Assembly (NCBI RefSeq): GCF_003918875.1
Contig: NW_025767133.1
Location: 124,001-188,000 of the forward strand
Length of the DNA: 64,000 nucleotides
Source: Haliotis rubra
Taxonomy: Eukaryota
Reading direction: 5' to 3'
The translations under genes and the position numbers were made by a program. Below are positions 39,352 through 51,261 of the stretch, one piece after another. Each line of letters starts with the position of its first letter. Positions within the stretch are counted from its first letter, which is position 1. The notes below the pieces were generated by a model. The model was not told the DNA's origin and made no database searches. It was given only the letters and a program-made list of their open reading frames with translations.

Positions 39352-39763
39352 ACAAGAAGACAAAGTCATCAATATCCCCGCAATGGCAAAATACTCTTCA
39401 TGATTATGTCTACGAGTTATGATTATGTCAAATATTTAGGTGTGTATATAGAAAAGTGGAAGGAGAGTATTGAAAGGTTATTAAAGTTCTGCTCCAGAAA
39501 GGAGCATTATCACCAAGTTCAGTCTATGTCATATTTGTTGCCATGGAAACGCCAAAAATATTTTATTCAGAATTCCAAAACTACCAAAAGGCACCAGTAC
39601 ACCACCAGATCTATCTATGTGCCAAGTTTGGAGAAGAAATATTGAACGGTTTTTGAGTTCTGCTCCGGAAAAGACAAATGTGCACGGACGGACGGACGCA
39701 CGCACGCCCGGACGGAGTCCATTTTAATACCCCCCGCAAAACGCGTTGCAGAGGATAACTAAA
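39352..39763 (+). mobile_element. HINE/DINE-1-like (Helentron-associated) element
   Basis: 5' ACAAGA...AATATCCCC, duplicated AGTTCTGCTCC core, (ACGG)/(ACGC) microsatellite, 3' TAATACCCCCCGCAA...TTGCAGAGGATAA palindrome. Confidence 0.7.
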
Positions 39764-40569
39764 GGACACAACACAACTTACTTTACACCGTATTTTCCCG
39801 AACTGTTGCAGATATACAATTTGAACAGATTTCCAAGAAATCTAAACATGAATGTTTAGTTTCAAAAAAGCGCTAAGACGTAGTCGAATCAATGTTTAAA
39901 CTCGTTAAGATATAATTTAATACACGTTCTAAGCCGGATGACAAAAGCTGCGAAAAGGTCGGCATACCAAGTTCTTGCATTGACATTTAGAGGTGTGATC
40001 TATTACACAGGTAATGCCATTGATTGGAATGAGTAAACTCACATAAAACACCACCTGTAACTCATACATGACACTGTAACAACCACTGTATATTACTACT
40101 TAACCTTTTCTTCAGACGTGAGGCAATAAGGATAGCCAGTAGACAAAGAGCGTTAGACGGAAGGACTGATGCTGCATTCAGCATTGAATCCACAACCCCA
40201 TAATGCTGGATTCACACAACGAGTGTAATTAAGCAAGGAATCGTCTTCAGTAAAACGAAATTGAATTTATGGAGATAAAAACGGTTTTAGCCAATCAGTA
40301 AACAGTCGTCTACAACGTGTCGTGCCTCCTTTTCTATTTTCCAAGCGTCATGATAATTTTGTATATAGCTGAACTCACTTTAACCGAATCGGTCATGCGA
40401 TGCGGTTCGACGAGTTGAGAACAATTAAGGCACCTATTTTTTGCCCATCGCAGATGTAATCGTATTGGGAATTACACTCCAAGTATTCGTTTGATCATAA
40501 TGTACATTAATGTGTGTCGTTTTAACACATTCATGGTAAGGGTGAGCTTAAAGTGTGTTATTGTGTCCA

Positions 40570-40975
40570 GATTACCAAATGATTAGAGTAATGAGTAACC
40601 AAATTATTACGGTAATGGTTGACGTGGGGTTTACGATAATGGGTGACGTGGAGATTACGGTAATGGGTAGCCAAAGGATTACGATAATCGGTGACGTGGA
40701 GATTACGGTAATGGGTAGCCAAATGATTACGATAATCGGTGACGTGGAGATTACAGTAATGGGTAACCAAATAATTACTGTGAGTAGTAACTTAACGATT
40801 ACTGTGTGGGCAACTTAACGATTACTGTGTGGGCAACTTAACGATTACTGTGAGTAGACAACTTTACGATTACTGTGAGTGGACAACTTCACGATTACTG
40901 TAAATGGGCAACCAAACGACCATGGAAAAGGGTCACCTAACGATTACTGTCAGTTGGCAACCTAACGATTACAGT
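40570..40975. repeat. ~24-bp minisatellite with a local 48-bp dimeric higher-order unit
   Basis: GATTAC-headed units at 40677, 40701 and 40725; later units ACGATTACTGTG... Confidence 0.9.
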
Positions 40976-41360
40976 AGGCGCTCGACTCACACGGGTCGGC
41001 TCGTCGTAACGACCTGCCGATTTCCATACATTGTACAACATGTTCGGTAAGATTCCAGTAGCACAGCTAGAAACGTAACGAAAATATCAGTAGCATATTC
41101 ATGTATTCGTTAAAGTTCCATAGTATTTATATCAGCATGTCTAACATATCAATTCCAACATAACCTTTAACAAACACAGCTGAAGTGTTTGATCTTGGAT
41201 GGCGCAAACATATACAATTGCATTGATTCCGTTTCCCGTCTTTGGAGAAACATTATTAATATCGTACTAACATAGATGTCATTGTATAGGTAGTTCTAAG
41301 ACTATTCTGAGATTATACAAATGACACTGTAATTACGCTTACCGTGTATATAGTCTAGTG

Positions 41361-41530
41361 GGCGGTGGGGTAGCCTAGTGGTTAAAGCGTTGGCTCGTCA
41401 CGCCGAAGACCCGGTTCGAATCCCCACATGGGTGCAATGTGTGAAGCCCATTTCTGGGGTTCCCCGCCTTGATGTTGCTGGAATATTGCTAAAAGCGGCG
41501 TAAAACCAAACTCAGTCAGTCAGTCAGTCA
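41361..41530 (+). mobile_element. SINE family A, young (CAGT)n subfamily, with TSD
   Basis: 15-bp TSD GTATATAGTCTAGTG at 41346-41360 and 41531-41545; head CGCTCGTCACGCCGAAGACCCGGGTTCGATTCCCC (family consensus) resembles tRNA-Asp(GTC). Confidence 0.96.
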
Positions 41531-42109
41531 GTATATAGTCTAGTGACCAAAACAGCCGGTTCTGTAAGGACTTGTAACTGTGATTGAATGGGCGTGTTGA
41601 GGTTTTACGTAACTTTATATTTCAACTTTTTCGTCTTTTTAGTTAAATTTAAGGGAAAGGCTTCGCAGAAGGTATTGTTCTAGTTGGCAAAGTAGTATCA
41701 TCGGGGCGAGTCAGTGATTCGAACACGCGACCAACGGACCCTGTCATCAAAGGGCCACAACTCTTCACTACAAATTGCTGATCTTGTCCATTGTAAAGGT
41801 GATCATTTTCAAACCTCCTGGCTGCAGTATGGTGACCATGAGACACTGGGTAAATAGACAATTATGGTGCTTTCATTTATTTTTCACGAGTAATCCAACG
41901 AGCGATGTATTGTCGAGTCACATTAAAGATTATGTTGGTTACGGGTAATTCGTGTACTCGGGCTTGATGGGTTCTGAGAAGGACCCGGGTACCCACACGA
42001 CTATCCAGGCCCGTTGGAAGCCACAAGATACATTGGTGAATGGCAGTAAAGGTAAAGCTCTGTGGCTACACTACAAGTTCTGATGTTCGCATTTCTTTCT
42101 TACAATGAT

Positions 42110-42340
42110 ACCCGTGAAGATCCGGGTTAGAATTGGTCTTCATTAACCCATGCTTGTCGTAAGAGACGACTAACGGGATCGGGTGGTCAAGCTCGCTGAC
42201 TTGGTTGACACATGTCATCGTATCCCAATTGCGTAGATTGATGCCCATGATGTTGATCACTGGATCGTCTGGTCCAGAATCGATTATTTACAGACCGCCG
42301 CCATAAAGCTGGAATATTGTTTGAGTGCGGTGTAAAACAA
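42110..42340 (+). mobile_element. Family B, 5'-extended variant
   Basis: Full match, preceded by an extension shared with 58030-58122 and 11727-11775. Confidence 0.92.
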
Positions 42341-42529
42341 CATTCCATCCCACGTATTCTAACAATGCACGTGTTGCTTCTGCCTCTGCCTTAACGTGTT
42401 TGAGTATAGATAAAGCTTAAGTCAACCCAGTTTATCTATGATCATAATGCTGTTGTACAAAGCGATCTTAGCGCTAAGCTGACCATGAGTCACAATCCCT
42501 ACCAGACTTACGATAGACTTAGTGTTAAG

Positions 42530-42624
42530 GGGGCTGTAGGGTAGCCTAGTGGTTAAAGCGTCCGCTCGTCACGCCGAAAACCCGGACTCGATTCCTCCGG
42601 CGTAAAACCATACTCACTCACTCA
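42530..42624 (+). mobile_element. Family A mini-copy (head joined to tail) inserted in a MITE-like palindrome
   Basis: TSD ACTTAGTGTTAAG on both sides; host has GTTGTACAAAGCGATCTTA...TAAGGTTGTTTTGTACAAC arms. Confidence 0.8.
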
Positions 42625-43638
42625 CTTAGTGTTAAGGTTGTTTTGTACAACCACCCGCAGGTCGTTTAATACATGCATCTTAATAGCTTCAGCCAGGACT
42701 CCGGTAAAATATATCCAAATAAGACATTTTGTTCTTGAGAACTACATTGGGAACAGTGGGTGGGAAAAATGGCATGGACAGAGATTAAATTGAGCATTAA
42801 ATCGACACCCATCTCGTTCCAGACCATCAGGAACTAAATGGACGTGGGTTGTGTGACGAATGTACATGTCTGGCTCTAGTCAATAGTCAATATGGCAATA
42901 GTCTGGCTTGAACTGCAACAAAGCGATGACACTAATAAGAGTGTAGAAGTTTTCCGATAAACCGTCAGCAGTGTATAATTTTATTTGTTTTGCCGAAATG
43001 GCGTTGAAGAAAGATCACGTGTAACCAGTAAGACGGGTATTATTACTGGTCTACTAAAAGAAAAAATATGCGATTTTCCAAAACACATAAATGCTTTTAC
43101 TATTAGTCTATTTCACATGTTAATATATCGAATTTCAGAAATACGAGTAAATTTCGCAGACTAAAAAACTTTTCGCTTGATTGTGTACAGGTCGACACTG
43201 TATTTAGAAAAGTAACAAGAGATTGACTGATATTTTTTCATACTTCGGCTTGTCGATGTTTTCGTTTACAAAATGTAGAGAAAACAAACATTTCTGTGTT
43301 TGGAGACACGTTAGTTTACTCTGGTAGGCTTTGGTTATATGATTACTGCTTTACAACCATCATAAACAATATTAACTTTTGATAATGTTATACATTTATA
43401 TCCCATGTAATGTTATCGATGCGATATTTCGATCAGGTAAACTTGGTATCAGGATCCGCTAAATATTTAAATGAAGTCACCGATCAGCTTGTTATGAGTT
43501 CAATGAGATATGTTTCTGGTGCAGAAATGCAAGGTGTTGCAGGCATCAGGAAATGTATTTGTTTGAGTGGCATTTTAGAAGTTGAGACGTACAATATGGA
43601 ACAAGTTTTTATGGATAACAACTTCTTTATTTCGTGAG

Positions 43639-43678
43639 TGCGACGTTTCGATACAGATTCTTGTACCGTTGTCAAGCA
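43639..43678 (-). ncRNA. Minimal type I hammerhead ribozyme (U3-A8 variant)
   Basis: RNA UGC-UUGACAA-C-GGUACA-AGAAUC-UGUAUC-GAAA-CGUC/GCA: stem I UGC/GCA, stem II GGUACA/UGUAUC, palindromic ACGU stem III, GUC cleavage triplet. Confidence 0.8.
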
Positions 43679-43897
43679 AGAGTGATACATGAAGTGGAGG
43701 AGCTTCATGTTTATGCTGTGTATAACAATGAAACTACATACATTGTAATTGACAAAGGAAACAACATAATTGCCATAATTGGTTAAGCAGTAAGCTGATG
43801 AAGCCAGTGAGTACACAAAGGATAGTGAATGGTGCCAGAGATGTATAAATACAGGAGTGGTACAATGAAGGAGATGTTTATACAATAGGTGCGATGT

Positions 43898-44620
43898 TTA
43901 TACAATAGATTGGGCTTGGTTGAGGAGTGGATCATAAGCTGATGGAATGAAGTATCCTTGGTCACGGTTGATGTGAATGGCTTCTGTGAGCTTGCGTTTA
44001 GTGAAGTCCGTTTGGTTGTTGGCGAGAATGGTGAAGTCGGACCACTCTATTTGATGATTGGGGTTTGCTTTGATGTGGTCAGAGATAGCTGATTTGGTGT
44101 CGGAGTTAGCAACAGAGGTGCGATGTTCTTTGACTCGTGTGTTGATGGGTCGGGATGTTTCGCCTATGTAGCTTTGTCCACAATCACAGTTTTTTTTATA
44201 AATAACACATTTCGGGTTGTTGTTGTTGACGGTGGGTTGTTTTCTTCCGTTGGCATGGAGGAGGTTGTTGAGGTTGGAGGACGCTGAGAAGGTTGTGTCT
44301 ATGCCTGCCTGTTGTTTCAGGAGTCGGCTGATTTGATGTGATGGTTTACCTATGTAGGGAATGGATATCTTGATGGGGGCTGATTCTGGTTTAGATCTTT
44401 TGGCAGGAGGTGAAAGCATTGCTTCGATGGTTCTGTTGACTATTTCAGGTGGGTAGTGGTTGCGTTCTGCAAAGACTTTCCTTAGGTGTTCAATCTCTTC
44501 TTGTAGGTTTGTTGAGGAGATGGTTTTGGCTCTTCTGGTCAATGTAGAGATGACGCCGGTCTTGACTTTAGGGGGGTTGTTGGAGTTGTTGTGGATGTTT
44601 TGATCCGTATGGGTAGGTTT
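43898..44620 (-). pseudogene. Penelope-like element RT C-terminal (thumb) region plus GIY-YIG endonuclease, truncated
   Basis: KPTHTDQ..H..SN.P...K.GVISTLTRRAK (PLE thumb) and CVIYKKNCDCGQSYIGETSRPINTRVKEH...SAISDH...EAIHI.NRDQG (GIY-YIG with conserved R, H, E, N); RT core absent. Confidence 0.92.
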
Positions 44621-45354
44621 TGTATTGCAAAATATTGCCGAAGGTCGTAAAAGACAGACCAAAATCAAACCTCATTTTACGGCGCCACATACCCTTGAAG
44701 CAGGATTGGGTTGCTTCTATGACAATTATTAAAATGGATACACCATTTGAAGTACGTAATGTTGGAATATTGCGTCACTCGCCCACAATCACGTTGCTCT
44801 CGTTACCTACAGTTGGTATTTAACCAAGCAACCACTGCTCTGAAAAAAGTAGAACATCTCATCATCTCTCCTCCTAGAAAACTAACCCAAATAATTAAAT
44901 AGCGGCGACCCTGACTTGAAGTTAAAGCTGAACGACTGTTACGGGATCAAAAAGTTTTCAAAATGAACAGCTTCAGAGCTGAACGCCAAATTCTGTGCAG
45001 CGATAAACAAAGCGAGATCGATGAGACACTAACACCAGGCTTAATTTGAAAGCAGACTTCTTGAAGAGAGCCTGCTACCAAGCTCCTTACTTGGATTGTG
45101 TGGGGCTCAGGATGATCAAAAATTACTGGCATGGATTGATTTCAGTTTTTCGTACACAGCCAGTAAATGAGAGATCCTAACCAGACCCGCTGATAAAAAC
45201 GTAAACAAAACTCTCTGCATCTTGTTACATCAGTAACTACGGATGAAAAGAAATATTGCCAAAGGTCGTGTACATATAGAATTACCCTATACTGGAAATA
45301 TGAACATAGAAACTAACCCGTCTTGAGGTCCGCACATTGGTAAACGACATGTCA

Positions 45355-45630
45355 CAGACCTTCCAACGCAAAGAGAGAAATATACTTGAGATGCGGGGTC
45401 CAAAGGCCGCCCTCCCCGGCCGTGTGCTGAAGCCCCCCTGAAGCCAACGCATAATTCCATATTTCCTTCTCACTGAACAGGATGTATTCAGACCTATTTG
45501 TGATTGTTCGTGGATTTCTGTCTCTATTTTTTATATGAACCCAGTTTGGCGAGAGTTATCTGGTTTGTGGTGAGAGTCCGACATGAGTAACTAAAGTCCC
45601 AAGCCAAATGCTTGAGAGTTGCCAGGTATG
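45355..45630 (-). mobile_element. Non-autonomous DNA element with imperfect TIRs
   Basis: Ends CAGACCTTCCAAC / GTTGCCAGGTATG; homologous to 16006-16338. Confidence 0.7.
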
Positions 45631-45724
45631 GTGTCACCAATTGTTTTGTACAGCCAAGGCATTCTAAAATGTTATTGCCGACCACAAAAACTATTTGGGT
45701 AGAATCCAATGTTCCAAATCGAAA

Positions 45725-45880
45725 GGAGCGGTGGTGTAGCCTAGTGGTTATTAAAGCGTTCGCTCGTTACACCGAAGACCCGGGTTCGATTCTCCACATG
45801 GATGTAAAGTCCATTTCTGGTGTCCCCCGCTGTGATATTGTTGGCTAAACCAGAGTAAAATTAAACTCACTAACACACTC
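45725..45880 (+). mobile_element. SINE family A, diverged
   Basis: A and B boxes and body. Confidence 0.85.
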
Positions 45881-46614
45881 GAAATCGAAAAATGCATTAT
45901 AAAACATTTCCTTAAATTTTACGGTAATCCACCGTAAATCTGATACGGTATATTGCTATTTCTATCTATAACGGTATAATACCGTAAAATTGTGACCTTG
46001 ATGGTAGTTTGCCGTTTTGTCGACACAGGAATCAAATTGCGGAAGTGACCGTAAACAGCAAAGCATTGTGGGTCTAAACTTCGTAGGGCTCCATGTTTTT
46101 CAGGAGACGGATGACGTTGGAAGGCGTAGAAGCAATCCAGTCCCATCCTCTTAATCTTGGAAGGTATAAAAAACGAAAAGCCATCATGTAGATAATATTA
46201 CCATGTTACCGAGTACTCACAGACTGGAAGATGAAACAACGTCTATTACATGTGCTTAAAAATAATTAATCTTTGTAAAAAAGACTTATTTTGACGATGG
46301 ATATCACTGTCTGTAGTTAATACCGGTAATAACTGTACTTATAAACAGATTCAATGTTATATGTTAATTCCCTCGGGAACTAAACAAAATCTGTAAAATC
46401 AACATTACGACATAGAAATACAATATGAAATGGTCTTATCAGCCATTGATTGTATATAATAAGTATAGATCGCCAGTGATTGAATAAAGTACGTCTTGTA
46501 TTTGTCTTGTGTGTGCCTAGAGTGTTAATAAAGCTCGGTTCAGTTTAGGCACATGGAAACTCAGCACGCATGATGCTGTTTAGCCGAGTTGTATTGTCAA
46601 AGTAAGTTGCTAGA

Positions 46615-46858
46615 GAGTGAGTGAGTTTAGTTTTACGCCGCATTCAGCGATATTCCAGCAATATGGAGGCGGTCTGTAAATGATCGAGTCTGGACCAGAC
46701 AATCCAGTGATTAACAGCATGAACATCAATCTACTCAATTGGGATAAGATGACATGTGTCAATCAAGTTACCGTGCCTGACCAGCCGATCCCGTTAGTCG
46801 CCCCTTACGACAAGCATGGGTTACTGAAGATCAATTCTAACCCGGACATTCACGGGTC
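46615..46858 (-). mobile_element. Family B, full length
   Basis: Reverse match. Confidence 0.92.
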
Positions 46859-47677
46859 AGTTGTTTGACAGCAACCGAAGTCGGTGAATTTGAGTCAGAA
46901 TTCTTGTAGATCTTAAGAAATTGTAATTATTTATTTATATACCATGAAACCTGCCCAATGGGTACACTGAATACAACGACAAGGATTTCTCCGTATATAC
47001 ACGTATAACCTTGTATCGTGTATCTGTGCAAAATATAGCGACGAACCGGCGTTTCGGTGAATCGCTAAAGTCCTGGTTAACGACACAAAGCAATCACGAA
47101 GCCCCCCTTCTTAAGTCTTAAACATCACGAACGCCACCTCTTAAGGTTTTCATATCACGACGAACGCATCTAAAGTCCATCACATCACGCAAAGGGCAGT
47201 TAGCGTCTAATTGCGCCGTATGTCTGTTGTACATATTGCAATTAAAACCCCGACACGCGATCATATACGTTTGTACGTTGTCCACTTACAAAGATCTTTG
47301 TTCCAAAAACGATTTTGACATCGCACATGTTGCACAAATTACCTGAAACCTAGCAATTTTAGTACAAATTATTAATATTTTCAATACTTCAAGGATATGC
47401 TTTATGTAGAAACGATACTCGACCTCTAAGTTTTGACATGGAAACAGCTGTTCGTTAAACCCAAACCATCAATCACAACTAAATAATTAATTTCCGTATT
47501 GATAAAACTACACACAATAGTCGTCATATGTAGTTCCTGGAAACGTGATCATAAACATCGACGATAACATGACCCGGCAACATAACACAATAATGGGGTG
47601 ATGAAAGCCACGACGACGGATTTTGATCGTCTTGGGCTTGTATGGGGTTCTCTTAGTTAACAGTCGCTATTACTCAG

Positions 47678-47793
47678 GGCCTCCTTTCACAAAGCACTAA
47701 GGTGATCGTAAGTCACTAAGGTAACCTTAGTGCAGTGTTAAAGAATGGGTGTTAAGGTGAACCTTAGTAAAGGTTGCTTCGTGAAAGGAGCCC
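47678..47793. mobile_element. Palindromic MITE (same family as 15365-15520), CAG TSD
   Basis: GGCCTCCTTTCAC...GTGAAAGGAGCCC with CAG at 47675-47677 and 47794-47796. Confidence 0.85.
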
Positions 47794-47862
47794 CAGGACT
47801 TCCCCCCAAAGCGAGCTTCCTATAGTTGCTTCCTTCCATCCTGGAATTCGGTCATATGGTAA

Positions 47863-48146
47863 GGCCACATCAAAAATAGTCTTATTTCTCGTCACTTTTT
47901 CAAAACAATATGAGTAGGGCGGGCGGATTTTATTTTTACATTTTATTTCATTTTATGTCCCAAACCCCTTGATTTCTGTAGAAATTAACACCTTTTCCCC
48001 GATAGAAAATATAGACTTAGAAGTGTGAAAAATTCATGCACATTTTGAGAGTCAAACTTAGTGTAAAAAATAAGAAAAGTCTTAGGGTCGGGTCGCATTT
48101 TTGCGTCAGGCGGTAACGAGTAACACGGATATTTTGATATATGGCC
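47863..48146. mobile_element. Tourist/PIF-like MITE (TAA TSD)
   Basis: Imperfect TIRs GGCCACATCAAAA / TTTTGATATATGGCC, with TAA on both sides. Confidence 0.65.
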
Positions 48147-48367
48147 TAATCTGTGGCAGTGATCGGCCGAACTTGTCAGCTGAAGAGCTCCCTAATTCAG
48201 ACCGTGATTTCCTCTGTGCCCGTCAGATCGACGCTACTCCACCTCAGGAAGTTGTTGAAAGATTGTCACTTCTACCCAGGATTAATTGCGCGCGTTGATC
48301 ATTCAGCGGTTATTCCCTCGTCTATATCGTATCTACTGCTCAGTCAACACATTTAGTCCTGGTGTCA

Positions 48368-48542
48368 GGGGCGGTGGGGTAGCCTAATGGTTAAAGCGTT
48401 GGCTCGTCACGCCGAAGACCCGGGTTCGAATCCCCACATGGGCACAATGTGTGAAGCCCATTTCCGGTGTCCCCCGCCGTGATGTTGCTGGAATATTGCT
48501 AAAAGCGGCGTAAAACCAAACTCAGTCAGTCAGTCAGTCAGC
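48368..48542 (+). mobile_element. SINE family A, young (CAGT)n subfamily, with TSD
   Basis: TSD AGTCCTGGTGTCA at 48355-48367 and 48543-48555. Confidence 0.96.
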
Positions 48543-48914
48543 AGTCCTGGTGTCAATAATCAGGTACATTTGTGTAAAACCGAGATGAAGCACACATCCG
48601 ACATATGTAACTATGGTTACATGATGGAACCAGACATCCGATAAACGTAGGTGGTGGAGTAGTCAAGCGGTAAGAGGCCCGGGTTCGATTATTCGGATAC
48701 ATACAAGGGCCCAAAACAGGATTTACACCATTGAAACAAACGCTGGTACAGAAGGAAATACCTGCTATGACCAGATTTGCGTATGTTTTCCGATATGTAC
48801 GAAGTTTAATACTAATTGGGATGATGAATGAAGGAGATACGGATATTTCTTAATGAGTTTGTCGCTTTATAGTTTATGAAAGATTGTCATCAATACTAAA
48901 TGTCTACAGCTTTA

Positions 48915-49070
48915 GGCAGTGGGGTAGCCTAGTGGTTAAAGCGTTCGCTCGACCCGGGTTTGATTCCCCAAATGGGTACAAAGTGTGAAGCCCAATTCTG
49001 GTGCCCCCCGCCGAGATATTGCTGGAATATGGCTAAAAGCAGCGTAAAAGAATACTCACTCACTCACTCA
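48915..49070 (+). mobile_element. SINE family A
   Basis: Match with a small head deletion; ACAGCTTTA on both flanks. Confidence 0.9.
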
Positions 49071-49189
49071 CAAACAGCTTTACGAGCTGGTGAAATCCAC
49101 GTACACAGGTGTGGTTCCTAACTACCACTGATTGTATATAAAGCCCATGTATCAAAATGCTCGTGCTAATATTTGGTATTTAACCCAAA

Positions 49190-49360
49190 TGGTGGGGTAG
49201 CTTAGTGGTTAAAGCGTTCGCTCGTCACACTGAAGACCCAGGTTCGATTCCCCACGTGGGTACAATGTTTGAATCCCATTTCTGGTGTCCCCCGCCATGA
49301 TATTGCTATAATATTCATTTGCTGAAAGCGACGTAAAACTTAACCCACTCACTCACGCAC
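49190..49360 (+). mobile_element. SINE family A
   Basis: Head-to-tail match. Confidence 0.88.
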
Positions 49361-50479
49361 TCGTCGTTAAACTGAAACACCTCAGTGCGGCGTCAAACAC
49401 AACTCACTCACTAACTGACTGTCCAGTAACGATGTCAGTGACAACACAAGCAGCACCTACAATCTGACATGACTGACGCCATTACAACCACATAGCGCAT
49501 ACATCATGTGGACATGCTCAACCATCATTTATTCATCCCTGGATTCAAGTCCACGCCAGACTCCCATCCACTTTGCTTGTAAAGTATACCCACAGAAAAT
49601 TAAGACAGAGAAATGTAGCTTAATTGCTGTTACGCATGCCGTTGCAAAGGCACACACCATAACAATACATCCTTATATCCAGCAAATACCATGTTGATCA
49701 ACGCCTGCGTTATTTTACCGAAACGCCAAGGATGATGAATGCACGTAAGACACGCTACATGTGCTGTCTATACCACTGCCTTCTACTCTGGTTGTCAAAC
49801 TAACCTAATCTTATCGACATGATAGAGTAATTGAATATATATAGACAGTAATCGAACTACAATAAGGACAGGCAGAAAGCATGGAAGGTCCAAATGAAGC
49901 ATGAAAGACTTGACAATGGCTATATTTATATATGTACTTCGTACAAACGTTAACATCAGTAGCTATTTCCAGGGGGACGGCTGCATCATGAAGCATTATC
50001 TTGGAATGATTAATATCAAATAAAACAAAACACTTTGTTGACTCTCTTCCAGGCCGGGGACTTTGGTAATTTCTATAATTTGCTCTGTTGTTGAAGCGAA
50101 GGGTTGTGTTGACATTTCTGGCGAGGAGTTCCTGCAGCTCGCAGAGCCAATAGAAGCTCTCAGCTCTCCCAGGTTTTTGTGATTGACTTCATCCGATGTC
50201 AATTGGGCGTTATCCTGAGCAAATATTACATGTGGAAAAAGTTCCCATTTTCAGAGTATATTTGTGGAGACCTCGGTTAAATATTTGGAAACCTTGGTAA
50301 CGTGGTTTTGGGACCTTTTTCGGCTTTTTCGATCTGTTTCGAGTAGAATGCAATGGTGTAATTTGTACTGGTCACTACGATGATTGTAATGGAGAAGTTG
50401 AGTTGGCTTTACTCAAATGTATTACTGCTAGAAAGTTTGATGTGACAGGAGAACTGGATGTGATGCACGCCTTAGATGT

Positions 50480-50640
50480 TGAGTGAGTATAGTTTTTCTC
50501 CGCTTTTAGCAATATTCCAGCAACATCACTGCAGGGGACACCAGCAATGGGCTTCACACATTGTACCCATGTGGGGACTCGAGCCATGGTATTTTGTGTG
50601 ACGAGCGAACGCTTTCACCTTTAAGCTACCTCACCCATCT
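50480..50640 (-). mobile_element. SINE family A, diverged
   Basis: Reverse match; AGATGTTGA on both flanks. Confidence 0.85.
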
Positions 50641-50674
50641 TTTCAGATGTTGAACCCCACGAAAGGCAGACATT

Positions 50675-50930
50675 TGTTTGTTTGGTTGGTTATTGTTTAA
50701 CGCAACAGTCTGCGATATTCCAGCTATGTGACAGCGGTCTGTAAATAATTGAACCTGGACCAAACAATCCAGTGATTGACATCATGAGCATCGATCTATG
50801 CAATTGGGATACGATGACATGTGTCAACCAAATCACCGAGCCTGACCACCCGATTCTGTTAATCGCCTCTTACGACAAGTAAGACGGTAGTATATTATTC
50901 TATCGATGGGTTGCTGAAGACCAATTCTGG
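50675..50930 (-). mobile_element. Family B, diverged with a small insertion
   Basis: Reverse match. Confidence 0.85.
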
Positions 50931-51039
50931 AAAACGGATGTGGAGATGGTAACCAAGAAGCATAATCAAGGGCAACACGGGATTCCGGCACGTTTAAGCC
51001 ACATAACTGCGACACCGTAGACGACCGGGACATCCAGCA

Positions 51040-51205
51040 GTGAGTGAGTGAGAATAGTTTTACGCCGCTTTTAGTATATTCCAGCAATATCACGGCGGGG
51101 GACACCAGAAATGGGTTTCACACATTGTATGAATGTGGGGAATCGAACCAGGGTCTTCGGCGTGACGAGCGAACGTTTTAACCACTAGGCTGCCCCACCA
51201 TCCCT
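51040..51205 (-). mobile_element. SINE family A
   Basis: Reverse match. Confidence 0.9.
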
Positions 51206-51261
51206 TCAGGACGTTCAAGTGTTCAAGTATCAGGAATGGTGGAACCATTAGACCAATAACT

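Larger units (their letters stand above)
43555..44625 (-). mobile_element. Penelope-like retroelement, 5'-truncated (ORF end plus 3' pLTR region)
   Basis: GIY-YIG ORF followed by a minimal hammerhead and AATAAA. Confidence 0.92.

Noticed and set aside
41361-41435. tRNA-Asp genes
   Set aside because: The A/B-box heads lack a proper acceptor stem and always continue into SINE body and tail; they are SINE heads.
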